Of a DNA stretch of 64,000 nucleotides, positions 1 through 9,002 are shown piece after piece (positions within the stretch are counted from its first letter, which is position 1; each line of letters starts with the position of its first letter). Source of the DNA: an uncultured Enterobacterales bacterium (GTDB lineage: Bacteria; Myxococcota_A; UBA796; JAFGLY01); NCBI GenBank assembly GCA_964454135.1, contig CAYVQL010000009.1:3858-67857 (forward strand). Reading direction: 5' to 3'. Position numbers and translations under genes: made by a program. The notes under the pieces are model-generated. The model was not told where the DNA came from. It searched no databases and worked only from the letters and a program-made list of their open reading frames with translations.

Positions 1-128
1 GCGAATCCTCGCCGAGTCCTGTTCCTGCTGCGTTCTCCGCATGTTCAGCACGGTAGCACAGGCGCCGGTCAGCGAAGGAGCCTGTTCGGTCGGGCTCTAC
101 CTCACCGAGCCGGGCCCAGCGAGTCGCC

Positions 129-1433
129 TCAACAGCCATCGTTCTCCCAGCCCGGCGTGCCTGTCTCGATGCTGTAGCTGCTGCTGGACTCGCACCAGGT
201 GTCGCAGCCGATGCCACCCGTGTAGCAGGAAGGATCCAGGCTGAAAGAGATCCCCTCCGACACATCCGCCGACTCGTAGATCACCTGGTCGATGATCAGG
301 CCGCTGTGGTAGACGGCCAGGTAGATCTCGTCGCCGCTGTTGGCCAAGGTGGTGGAGCCGTACTGGATGTCCACCTCGATCACGGTGGCGGCGTCTACGC
401 CCAGCACCACGTAGGCGCCGGGCTTGAGGAGCCAAGAGGGGGTGATCACCTCGTCGTCGCTGTCCTCGTCGTAGAAGAGCAGGCCCTGGATGTCGTAGGT
501 GGTGCTGCTGGCGTTGTACAGCTCGAACCACTCGCCCGTGGAGTCGGTGGCCACCGCGGGATTGGCCATCAGCTCGGTGATCAGGATCTCGCCGGCGGCG
601 GGGCAGGTATTGTCGGCGCCGTCGCAGTTCTCGTCCACGCCGTTGCCGCAGTAGTCGATGCCCTCGGGATGGATATCGTCGTCGCTGTCGTCGCAGTCCG
701 AGGAATCGGTGACGTGGCCCGCGGGAGCCTGGCAGGCGATGGTGGGGGCCTGCGGGTCGCCGAAACCGTCGCCGTCCACGTCGGCGTACCATGTCTCGCC
801 CGTGGTGACCTCGGCGTCCGTGTCGTCGCAGTCATCGGCGTTGTCCGCGTAGCCCTTGGGTTCTTCGCAGGCCATCACGGAGGCGCCCGCCGCCCCGTAG
901 CCATCGCCGTCCGCGTCCTGGAACCACTCGCTCTGCGCGTCCTCGTCGACTTCGTCGTCGCAGTCGTCGTCGATGCCGTTGCAGAGCTCCTCGGCCCCGG
1001 GGCTGACGCTGGCGTCGCCATCGTCGCAGTCTGTGTCGTCCGCGACGTAGCCGCTGGGGGCCTGGCAGTCCTCTAGCGCGCTGTCGGCATCGCCATAGCC
1101 ATCGCCGTCGGCGTCCTCGTACCAGGTGGTCGCGAGGTCTTCGTCGATCTCGCCGTCGCAGTCGTCGTCCAGGCCGTTGCAGCTCTCGGCGGCGCCGGGG
1201 TGGATGCTGGCGTCGCCGTCGTCGCAGTCGGTGGCGTCCTCCACCCAGCCCTCGGGGGCGCTGGCGGAGGAGGTGCCGGAGTCGGGATCGCCGTAGCCAT
1301 CGCCGTCGGCGTCCTGATACCAGACCGACTCGATGGGCGGCGGCGCGCTGCTGTCGCCGGTCTCTTTGCCGTCGTCGCAGGCCGCTGCCAGGAAGAGGAC
1401 GAGGAGGAGGGGTCTTTCGTTGCGCGAGGCCAT
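129..1433 (-). CDS. Secreted lipoprotein with MopE-like Cys/Asp-rich repeats and a C-terminal lamin-tail (LTD) domain
   Basis: 434-aa ORF. The N-terminus MASRNERPLLLVLFLAAAC is a lipobox. Repeats of W[YF]xDADGDGYG...CDDxDxxxxPGAxExCNGxDDDCDG follow. The C-terminal ILITELMANP...GEWFELYN matches the LTD signature. Confidence 0.7.
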   Translation of the reverse strand: MASRNERPLLLVLFLAAACDDGKETGDSSAPPPIESVWYQDADGDGYGDPDSGTSSASAPEGWVEDATDCDDGDASIHPGAAESCNGLDDDCDGEIDEDLATTWYEDADGDGYGDADSALEDCQAPSGYVADDTDCDDGDASVSPGAEELCNGIDDDCDDEVDEDAQSEWFQDADGDGYGAAGASVMACEEPKGYADNADDCDDTDAEVTTGETWYADVDGDGFGDPQAPTIACQAPAGHVTDSSDCDDSDDDIHPEGIDYCGNGVDENCDGADNTCPAAGEILITELMANPAVATDSTGEWFELYNASSTTYDIQGLLFYDEDSDDEVITPSWLLKPGAYVVLGVDAATVIEVDIQYGSTTLANSGDEIYLAVYHSGLIIDQVIYESADVSEGISFSLDPSCYTGGIGCDTWCESSSSYSIETGTPGWENDGC

Positions 1434-1522
1434 ATCGGTTCTCCTGGGTGGGGACGCGAGCGCCCATGGGATCCTGAGAAGCGCCTTCTACAGGGTGCGG
1501 TTTCACCTCGATCCGAGGTTTT

Positions 1523-3961
1523 TCAAGGCTCGGCTGCCGCCAGCTGGGAGAGGTGGGCCACAAAGGCCGCCGGATCGGCCACTGGGCCGACCTCGGTCAG
1601 GCGCGCGGTCTGCAGCATGGCGCCCAACAGCGCGCGCGGCTCCAGCTCCGGCGCCACCTGGAAGCCCAGCACCGCCAGGCCGGCGATCCAGGGAGCGCCC
1701 CAGCTCATGCCTCCGTCGGGATCGAGCTGGTAGACCTGCGGTCCGCGATGGCTGGCCAGGCTGCGGCCGGCGCCGGGGACCAACAGCACAGCGCCCTCGC
1801 GGGCGTAGCGGGAGCGCCGATAGCTGGACGGATCGTCAGGATCGGCGCCAGGAACCAGCTGCAAGAGGCCGTACCTGAAGACCTGCGTGTCACAGGTGAT
1901 CACCAGCACGCCGGCCTCCTCGGCCCGCTCCAGGGCGGCCCGCCAGAGATCGAAGCCCTCCAGCTGGGGGAACATGCCGGTGGAGATGCTGACCACGCGC
2001 ACGCGCTCATCCGCCGGCAGCTCCTGGTTGCGGGCCAGGATGCGATCCAGCAGCGCGGCGTAGTCCCCGCTCTGGTAGCTCCACATGGGCACGGCGTAGT
2101 AGCTGAGCGCCGCGGCCGGGGCGACGCCCAGGCTGCGGCCTGCGGCGATGCTGGTCACGGGCGGGCCGTGCATCTGGGGCTCCACGCCCCGCAGGCCGCT
2201 GGCGTCGTAGCGCAGGATGCTGGCGGCGTACTCCTGGTGCCCCAGCAGCAGGGGCTGGTCCACGATGGCCAGGCCCACGCCGCGACCGTCAATGCCCTGG
2301 GCGTGCAGCTGGCGCAGGCCCAGGCCGGGATTGCGGCCGGCCTCCAGCAGGGCTTGGGGGTCGAAATCGGGGGGCAGGCGCTCGGCGGGGGGCCAGATCG
2401 TGCGCGTGTCGAAGGTCGAGGACCGCACCAGCTCCCCCTGATCGCGCAGATCGAGGGCCTCCAGCGAGACGCCCTGCAGGCCCTCCCAGGCGTCCAGGCG
2501 CGCCAGCTCGTCCAGGTCGCGCAAGGGCACAGCGCCCCGCTCGCCGATGTCCAGCCCTCCTGCCCAGCGCAGGGTGTAGGGCTTGGGCTCGGGCTCCTGG
2601 CGGCGGGCGAAGCCCAGCACCAGCCCCTCGTACTCCAGCTTCAACCAGCGTGCCCCGCCGTCCTTTCCCGCGCTCTCCCCGCGCGGGGGACCCAGCAAGG
2701 CCCAGGCCTCGGGTGGCGTGGTGACGCGGTAGCGCAGCTGCTGGGCGGCGGCGGCCGCTGTGGCGCGTTGGCCGATGGGGGCCTCCGCGGCGGGCAGCTG
2801 GAAGCGACCGTCGCCCCAGTCGGGCGGCGCCGTGGGGATGGCGCCCCGATAGCCAGCCTCCTGGACGGCGCCGGCGGCCCAGTCGTCGATGCCGCGCTCC
2901 AGGAAGGACTCGGGGCGCTTCAGCACCTCCACCAGGTGGCGGTTCCAGCCGTCGATGACCTCTTGGCCGACGAGTTCGAAGAACTCCCGAGGAAGGGGCT
3001 CGGGGTGAGGCATCTTGGCGGGCGGCTGCAGGTAGGCCAGGCTCTGGTAGGCGTCCCGCAGGGGCATGGCGGACATGAACCAGTCGTTCTCGCAACGGTA
3101 GGTGAGGCTGTCCAGCGGGGGCTGGTCCAGGCCGATGGCGAAGGGGGTGCCCAGCGCGTCGTGCGCCTCGTCGAAGAGCCCGCCGCAAGTGCTGCCCCAC
3201 AGAGGGGGATCTTCGGAGATCAGCTCGGCCGGCCCGGCCAGCAGCAACGCGTGGACTTGGTGGGTCTTGGCCAGCAGCGTGGCCACGTTGTCCATGGGGT
3301 AGCCGCTCTTGCGTACCAGACGCACGGCGGCGTGGCGCGAGCCGCAGAAGAGCAGCAGCTTGCGCTCGGCGTCCAGCACCTGCGCCCGAGCGGTGCGGGC
3401 CATGAAGGAGTCGCGATCGTCCTCGCAGGCGTGCACACCCGGGACATCGCCCCTGGCGGCCAAACTGCAGTCGGGATGCAGGCCGATGACGCGCACGCTG
3501 CCGGGGCGGGCTCGGTTGGCCTCCCACGCCGCGCGGATGGGTTCCTCGTAGGTGGCGATGGTGGCCGGTCCGGGCAGGTAGCTCAGGCCCAGCACCTGCC
3601 ACCAGGCATGGCGATCGAAGTCCGGGGCGGCCATCAGGGCGTCCAGTTGCTCCTGGCCAGCGGCTGGGACCAGCTCGATGGCCAGGTCGAAGTCCAGCTG
3701 CGCCTCGGCTGCGGTGCGCACCAGCTCGGCCACGTAGCGGATCTGGGGTGCCAGGCGGTGGTACTCGCCCACCACGAGCACGTCGTGCTCGCCCAGGCGC
3801 TTCAGGCCCCAGGCCACCGGGTCCTGGCTGCCGTGACGCTGCACGACCTGCACGACCGAGGACAGGTCGGTCGCCGGGGGCGCTTCGCTGGCGGCCGGCG
3901 CAGGTGGAACCGCCTTGGGGGCGCAAGAAAGCAGGAAGGGCAGTACGAGCATGGCCTTCAT
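1523..3961 (-). CDS. Lipoprotein with a ChaN/Tiki-like N-terminal domain fused to a subtilisin-like (S8) serine peptidase
   Basis: I start the gene at the internal ATG at 3961 (MKAMLVLPFLLSC lipobox), with AGGAGG just upstream. N-domain motifs are VVGEYH, RDSFMA and FCGSRHA. The S8 triad contexts are GLAIVDQ, HGPPVTSIAAG and GMSWGAPWIAGLA. Confidence 0.65.
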   Translation of the reverse strand: MKAMLVLPFLLSCAPKAVPPAPAASEAPPATDLSSVVQVVQRHGSQDPVAWGLKRLGEHDVLVVGEYHRLAPQIRYVAELVRTAAEAQLDFDLAIELVPAAGQEQLDALMAAPDFDRHAWWQVLGLSYLPGPATIATYEEPIRAAWEANRARPGSVRVIGLHPDCSLAARGDVPGVHACEDDRDSFMARTARAQVLDAERKLLLFCGSRHAAVRLVRKSGYPMDNVATLLAKTHQVHALLLAGPAELISEDPPLWGSTCGGLFDEAHDALGTPFAIGLDQPPLDSLTYRCENDWFMSAMPLRDAYQSLAYLQPPAKMPHPEPLPREFFELVGQEVIDGWNRHLVEVLKRPESFLERGIDDWAAGAVQEAGYRGAIPTAPPDWGDGRFQLPAAEAPIGQRATAAAAAQQLRYRVTTPPEAWALLGPPRGESAGKDGGARWLKLEYEGLVLGFARRQEPEPKPYTLRWAGGLDIGERGAVPLRDLDELARLDAWEGLQGVSLEALDLRDQGELVRSSTFDTRTIWPPAERLPPDFDPQALLEAGRNPGLGLRQLHAQGIDGRGVGLAIVDQPLLLGHQEYAASILRYDASGLRGVEPQMHGPPVTSIAAGRSLGVAPAAALSYYAVPMWSYQSGDYAALLDRILARNQELPADERVRVVSISTGMFPQLEGFDLWRAALERAEEAGVLVITCDTQVFRYGLLQLVPGADPDDPSSYRRSRYAREGAVLLVPGAGRSLASHRGPQVYQLDPDGGMSWGAPWIAGLAVLGFQVAPELEPRALLGAMLQTARLTEVGPVADPAAFVAHLSQLAAAEP

Positions 3962-4063
3962 GGGGGCCTCCTGATCACATCTTCGCATCTCTCTTGGCCC
4001 AGGGGAACCTCCTCTCTGGCCGTGGCCGGGCGCCCCCCGCGACGCGGGGATAGGCCTCCCACC

Positions 4064-4330
4064 ATGGCTTCCCCGCGCGCCATCCTCTTCAGCCTCTACG
4101 TGCTGCTCTGCCTGGGCGCGCTCACCTGGCCCGGCTACGCCTGGCTGGGCAACCGCATCGAGCCCTTCGTGCTGGGCTTGCCCTTTTCCCTGGCCTGGAT
4201 CCTGGGCTGGGTGCTGATCAGCTTCCTGGCGCTGCTGGCCTTCCACGCCAGCCGGCCCGACCGAGCGCAGCCAGAACCAACCCGTTCTCCTGATTCCCCC
4301 TCCGGGCCTCCCGCGCGGGGCGAGCCGTGA
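4064..4330 (+). CDS. Small two-TM membrane protein, DUF3311-like partner of the downstream symporter
   Basis: This is the last 88 codons of the 925-aa track ORF, from ATG 4064 (MASPRAILFSLYVLLCLGALTWPGY...). Its stop overlaps the GTG start of the symporter (GTGA). The rest of the long ORF is an antisense shadow. Confidence 0.65.
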   Translation: MASPRAILFSLYVLLCLGALTWPGYAWLGNRIEPFVLGLPFSLAWILGWVLISFLALLAFHASRPDRAQPEPTRSPDSPSGPPARGEP

Positions 4331-5808
4331 ACGCGCCCTCGTCCGCTGTGGTGCTGGGGGTCGCGCTGGCCTACCTGGCGGCCTGTCTGGCCTTCGGGCT
4401 GCTGCCCGGCAGGAAGGCCAGCGCCAGCGCCGAGGGCTACGTGGCCGGGGACCGCACGCTGGGCCTGGTGTTGATGTATTTCATCACCGGGGCCACCATC
4501 TTCTCGGCCTTCGCCTTCCTGGGCGCCCCGGGCTGGGCCTACTCCCGCGGCGCCGCCGCCTTCTACATCCTGGCCTACGGCTGCCTGGGATTCTTGCCCT
4601 TCTACTTTCTGGGCCCGCGCGCCGCGCGGGTGGGTCGGGCGCATGGCTTCGTGACCCAGGCCGAGATGGTGGCCGAGCGCTTCCAGTCCCGCGCCCTGGC
4701 CGGCCTGATGGCCCTGGTCTCGGCGGTGGCCTTCGTGCCCTACCTGGCGCTGCAGATGAAGGGGGCCGGCTACATCCTGTCGACCGTGACCGGCGGCGCC
4801 GTGCCCGAGGCCCTGGGCGCGGCGGCGGTCTACGGGGTGGTGCTGATCTACGTGCTGCGCAGCGGTGTGCTGGGGGTGGGCTGGACCAACACCTTCCAGG
4901 GCGTCTTCATGATGCTGCTGGCCTGGGGCCTGGGGCTCTACCTGCCCTGGAAGCTCTACGGGGGCGTGGGCCCCATGTTCGCGCGCATCGCCGCCGAGCG
5001 GCCGGAGCTGCTGCAGGCGCCTGGGCTGACCTCCAGCGGCGCACCTTGGAGCTGGGGGGAGTACAGCTCGGCGATCCTGGTGTCCATCGCGGGCTTCTCG
5101 GTCTGGCCGCACCTGTTCATGAAGGCCTTCACGGCGCGCAGCGAAGCCGTGCTGAAGCGCACGGTCGTGCTCTACCCCACCTTCCAGGTCTTTCTGCTGC
5201 CGCTCTTCCTGATCGGCTTCTGCGGCGTCTTCTTCCTGCCTGCCCCCGCCCAGGCCGACCAGATCCTGCCCCATATGCTGATGCACCTGGAGATCCCCTC
5301 GCTGCTGGTGGGCCTGTTCTGCGCCGGGGCCTTGGCCGCGTCCATGTCCTCGGGCGACGCCATGGCCCACGCCACGGCCTCCATCGCCGTGCGCGACGGC
5401 CTGGTGCGCGCGGCGGGCTTGCGCTTGGAGCCCCAGCGTGAGCGGCGCGCCATCCAGCTGGCCGTGGTGCTGACTGTGGGCGCTTCCTATGCGCTGGCCG
5501 TGGTCTACCAGGGCTCGCTGGTGGAGCTGCTGCTCTCCGCCTACGGCGCCGTGGTGCAGTTCGCGCCGTTGGTGGTGGCCACCCTGTACTGGAAGCGGGC
5601 CACGGCGGCCGGCGCCGGCGCGGGCCTGCTGGGCGGCATGCTCGTCACCACGGTCCTGGTGCTGGCCCCCGAGCTGCGCCCCTTCCCCCTGCACGCCGGG
5701 CTATACGGGCTGCTGGCGAACACGGCGCTGCTGCTGGGGATCTCGTGGCTGGGCAGGCCGGACCGGGAGCGGGCGCGGGCTTTTTTGAGGCTGGCGCGCG
5801 GGGGGTGA
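4327..5808 (+). CDS. Sodium:solute symporter (SSS) family transporter
   Basis: 493 aa with about 13 hydrophobic segments. The N-terminal GYVAGDRTLGLVLMYFITGATIFSAFAFLGAPGWAY is typical of SSS transporters that pair with DUF3311. Confidence 0.85.
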   Translation: MNAPSSAVVLGVALAYLAACLAFGLLPGRKASASAEGYVAGDRTLGLVLMYFITGATIFSAFAFLGAPGWAYSRGAAAFYILAYGCLGFLPFYFLGPRAARVGRAHGFVTQAEMVAERFQSRALAGLMALVSAVAFVPYLALQMKGAGYILSTVTGGAVPEALGAAAVYGVVLIYVLRSGVLGVGWTNTFQGVFMMLLAWGLGLYLPWKLYGGVGPMFARIAAERPELLQAPGLTSSGAPWSWGEYSSAILVSIAGFSVWPHLFMKAFTARSEAVLKRTVVLYPTFQVFLLPLFLIGFCGVFFLPAPAQADQILPHMLMHLEIPSLLVGLFCAGALAASMSSGDAMAHATASIAVRDGLVRAAGLRLEPQRERRAIQLAVVLTVGASYALAVVYQGSLVELLLSAYGAVVQFAPLVVATLYWKRATAAGAGAGLLGGMLVTTVLVLAPELRPFPLHAGLYGLLANTALLLGISWLGRPDRERARAFLRLARGG

Positions 5809-5829
5809 TGACGGAGGGGGGCCAGACCC

Positions 5830-6696
5830 TCAACGCCGCCGCCGCCGGACCAGCGCCAACCCACCCAGCAGCGCCCAACCCAGGGGCGCAGCGCCACCGC
5901 AACCACAGCCGCCGCCCGGCTCCGTCACGCCGGGCTCCCCAGTATCCTGGGCGCCGTCGCCGCTGTCCGCAGGCTCGCTGTCCTGCGGCTCCCCGCTGTC
6001 TCCCGTGTCGACAGGTGGCGGATCCTCGGGAGGCGTGTACTCCACCGTCAGGACGGGTCGCATGCCCTGGTCGGCGTACTCGCTGGCGGCCAGGTCGGTG
6101 CCGTCGGTGCTGTCGGTCACCAGCAGGACGCCGTGGTTTTCGGTTGGATCTGCGGTCCAGATGCGCACGGCCTCGCTCAGGTCCAGCGTGGCTTTCTCGC
6201 CCGCTGCCACATGGAAGCTGTCCAGGGCCTGCTCTTCGCTGGAGGGCGCGCCCGCGCCCTGCTCGGACCAGGGGCCCATGTCCCCGCCGCGATTGTCCCA
6301 GCTGACCTCGTCCACGTCCCAGGCCTCGAGCAGCAGGTGGGCGCTCACCGTGCCGCCTTCGTTGGTCACCCACAGCTCCAGCTCGGCGCTCTCGATCTCC
6401 GCACCCGGCGGGATCTGCCCTTCCCGCTCGCCAAAGGCCTTGGGGAAGCGGATCAGCGCCCGCGTCTCCATGTCGGCGTAGTCTCCGTTCTCCAGGTCGA
6501 TGGCGAGAAAGGTCTCTTCGCTGAAGTTCTCTTCGTCGTTGTTGCTGGCCTCGACGATGTAGCTGTCTTCGGTGCGACCGAGGGAATCGCTCTCGTCGGT
6601 CTGCGTGAAGCTGGCCTGCTCGGCGCTGGCGGCGCCAGCCCAGCCCGCCAGGGCGAGGGCGAGGCAGGCGCGTGAGTGTGGCGGACGTGGGGGCAT
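5830..6696 (-). CDS. Secreted DNRLRE/CBM96-like domain protein with a MYXO-CTERM-type sorting tail
   Basis: I prefer ATG 6696 (MPPRPPHSRACLALALAGWAGAASA signal, GGAG upstream) over the GTG at 6744. The core reads AELELWVTNEGGTVSAHLLLEAWDVDEVSWDN. The C-terminus is GGGCGCGGAAPLGWALLGGLALVRRRRR. Confidence 0.7.
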   Translation of the reverse strand: MPPRPPHSRACLALALAGWAGAASAEQASFTQTDESDSLGRTEDSYIVEASNNDEENFSEETFLAIDLENGDYADMETRALIRFPKAFGEREGQIPPGAEIESAELELWVTNEGGTVSAHLLLEAWDVDEVSWDNRGGDMGPWSEQGAGAPSSEEQALDSFHVAAGEKATLDLSEAVRIWTADPTENHGVLLVTDSTDGTDLAASEYADQGMRPVLTVEYTPPEDPPPVDTGDSGEPQDSEPADSGDGAQDTGEPGVTEPGGGCGCGGAAPLGWALLGGLALVRRRRR

Positions 6697-6747
6697 GGTG
6701 CGCTCCGGCAGGACAGGGAGCCTAACCCGACCCGGCCGCAGCACTGT

Positions 6748-7818
6748 TCAGATGCCGTCAGCGATGCGTAGCGCGCGATGGATCTCTCTGCCCACAGCCT
6801 CCGCCAGGGGCGGCGGCACCACGTTGCCGATCTGCGAGCGCTGGTCGGCCCGCGTCCCCTTGAAGACGAAGCTGTCTGCAAAGCCCTGCAGCCGGGCGGC
6901 CTCGCGGGGGGTGAGCGGCCGGTCCTGGAAGGGATGCCCGTACCTGCCGCGGGTGAAGCTGTCGAAGCCCCCGGTGAGGGTGGGACACTGCCCGTCAGCC
7001 CGCAAGCGGCCGTAGACATCGGGCCAACCTCCGCTGCTGGGATCCACCTTCTGGTGGCAGGGCAGCTGCAGCTGGCGGGGGATGTCCTGCCAACCACCCC
7101 CCTGGGGCACGTGGGAGAAGCGCTCGATGTTGATGGCGGTGACCCGCGCGCGCTGGTGGTTGGCGAAGTCCGGGTGGACCGCGTAGTCCTGCGGCGGCTC
7201 GGGCAGCCCGTCCAGCACCTCTCCGACGGTCCTCCAGGGCGCGGTCGTGGGCGGGGGAATGCGGAACTGCGCGTCCTGATCCCGGCGCAGGCCCACCATC
7301 ACGAAGCGCTCGCGGGTCTGGGCCAGGCCGTAGTCGGCGCAGTTGTAGTAGTGGGGGTGGAGCCGGTATCCGGCGAGCTCCTCGCGGATCAGCTTCAGGT
7401 AGGCGCGGCCGCGCTTCATCCCGAAGATGGCCACATTCTCGAAGAGGAAGCTGCGCGGGTGAAGCTCTCGCACCAGGCGTACGAACTCCAGCACCAGCGC
7501 ATTGCGCGCATCGCCCAGGTGAGCATCTCGGCGTTGCTTGGAGAAGCCCTGGCAGGGCGGCCCGCCCGAGAAGAGGGGCAGCTCGCCCTCCTGCAGCCCG
7601 ACACGCTCCAGGATCTCCTCGCCGGACAAGCGCGCGGCGTCGGCGACAAGGCAAGGTCCGCTGAGGTTCGCGCGGTGGGTCTCGACGGCCATGGGGTCGG
7701 CGTCGAAGGCCAGCAGGGGTCCGAAGCCCGCGCGCTCCAGGCCCAGGCTCATGCCGCCGGGGCCGCAGAAGGACTCTACGAAGCCGTAGACAGGCGCAGC
7801 ACGGCGGGCCTGCGGCAT
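6748..7818 (-). CDS. dcm: DNA (cytosine-5)-methyltransferase
   Basis: Motif I is FCGPGGMSLG, motif IV is GGPPCQGFS, motif VI is FLFENV, and motif X is QIGNVVPPPLA. Confidence 0.9.
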   Translation of the reverse strand: MPQARRAAPVYGFVESFCGPGGMSLGLERAGFGPLLAFDADPMAVETHRANLSGPCLVADAARLSGEEILERVGLQEGELPLFSGGPPCQGFSKQRRDAHLGDARNALVLEFVRLVRELHPRSFLFENVAIFGMKRGRAYLKLIREELAGYRLHPHYYNCADYGLAQTRERFVMVGLRRDQDAQFRIPPPTTAPWRTVGEVLDGLPEPPQDYAVHPDFANHQRARVTAINIERFSHVPQGGGWQDIPRQLQLPCHQKVDPSSGGWPDVYGRLRADGQCPTLTGGFDSFTRGRYGHPFQDRPLTPREAARLQGFADSFVFKGTRADQRSQIGNVVPPPLAEAVGREIHRALRIADGI

Positions 7819-7828
7819 GGTGCGGTTC

Positions 7829-8863
7829 TCAGACGTTGAAGCGGAAGCTGATCACATCCCCGTCCTGCACCAGATAGTCGCGCCCTTCGACGCGCAGCTT
7901 GCCGGCGCGCTTGATGGCGAATTCGCTGCCCAGGGACTCCAGGTCTTCGAGACGGAAGACCTCAGCGCGGATGAAGCCGCGCTCGATGTCGCTGTGCACA
8001 CGCCCCGCGGCGCGGCGGGCTTTGCTGTCGCGGCGCACGGGCCAGGCTCGACACTCATCGCTGCCGCAGGTCAGGAAGGAGACCAGATCCAGCAGCCGGT
8101 AGGCGCTGCGGATGAAGAGGTGGCGGGCCGGCTCCTGCAGGCCCAGGCCCTCGAGCAGCTCGACCTGGTCTTCGGGCTCGAGCTCGGCCAGTTCCTGCTC
8201 CAGGGAGCCGCAGATGCCCATGGACACGGAGTGGCGTCTCAGGGAGCGCCAGTCGCGCAGCGGGGCCTGCTGCGGATCCTCCCAGGCCTCTTCGGAGAGG
8301 TTGTAGAGGGTGATCAAGGGCTTGAGGGAAAGCAGCTGGATGCCGCGCAGAGAGGCCAGGGCGGCCTCGTCCAGATCCAGGGCGCGCAGGGGTTGGCCGG
8401 CTTCCAGGTGCTCCACGCAGCGCTGATTGACGCGCACCTCGGGACCCTTTTGGTGCATCTTCTTCCAGCGCTGACCGCGGCGCTCCAGGATGTCCAGGTC
8501 CAGCAGAACCAGCTCGTCGTCGAAGAGCTGGTGGTCGCGCTGGGGGTCGGCATCGCTGTCGAGGGCCAGGTTCTCGAAGACGCGTACCACGTGCACCAGC
8601 ACGTCCGCGTTGCGCATGACCTCGACCACGCGGGGGGGGAAGGCGCCCGCAGCGCGCCCACCGCTGTTGCCCACGTCCATGAAATCGATCTCGGCGTAGG
8701 TGGTCTTGCGAGGATCGTAGATGCGGGCCAGGCGATCGACACGCTCGTCCGGGACCTTGATATTGCCGTGGGTGACGCCCTTGCCCGGGCGCACGCCCGG
8801 TGCCAGAGCGCTGAAGACAGTGCTCTTTCCGGAGCCCGGGTAGCCGCAGATTCCGACCCGCAT
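7829..8863 (-). CDS. ychF: YchF/OLA1-type ribosome-binding ATPase
   Basis: Start is at ATG 8863 (MRVGICGYPGSGKSTVFSAL P-loop) with AGGAG upstream. The C-terminus KLRVEGRDYLVQDGDVISFRFNV is the YchF TGS/DUF933 signature. Confidence 0.85.
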   Translation of the reverse strand: MRVGICGYPGSGKSTVFSALAPGVRPGKGVTHGNIKVPDERVDRLARIYDPRKTTYAEIDFMDVGNSGGRAAGAFPPRVVEVMRNADVLVHVVRVFENLALDSDADPQRDHQLFDDELVLLDLDILERRGQRWKKMHQKGPEVRVNQRCVEHLEAGQPLRALDLDEAALASLRGIQLLSLKPLITLYNLSEEAWEDPQQAPLRDWRSLRRHSVSMGICGSLEQELAELEPEDQVELLEGLGLQEPARHLFIRSAYRLLDLVSFLTCGSDECRAWPVRRDSKARRAAGRVHSDIERGFIRAEVFRLEDLESLGSEFAIKRAGKLRVEGRDYLVQDGDVISFRFNV

Positions 8864-9002
8864 GACGCACTCTCCTGACAGACCCGCAGCGGGTCCGGAC
8901 ACTGTCGCGCCCCCAGGGCCGGAAGGGCCGGGGGCGCCGGGCCCCGTGGTTAACGCGCCCTGCGCTAAGATGGCCAGTGTGCGTCCGCCATTCGGAGAAC
9001 CC

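Noticed and set aside
41-244. The 67-aa plus ORF at the window start, and the overlapping Arg-rich minus ORFs (97..792 and 832..1563)
   Set aside because: They overlap the LTD/MopE lipoprotein gene in other frames and have shadow-frame composition.
1553-4063. Upstream 837 codons of the 925-aa plus-strand ORF
   Set aside because: It is antisense to the well-supported S8 peptidase gene. The translation is low-complexity and rich in G/A/R/Q/L with no motifs. Only the last 88 codons (the DUF3311-like protein) look real.
4135-5694. 519-aa minus-strand ORF opposite the symporter
   Set aside because: It is a shadow ORF of a high-GC gene. The sequence is monotonous and rich in G/A/R/Q/H, while the symporter on the plus strand has clear family features.
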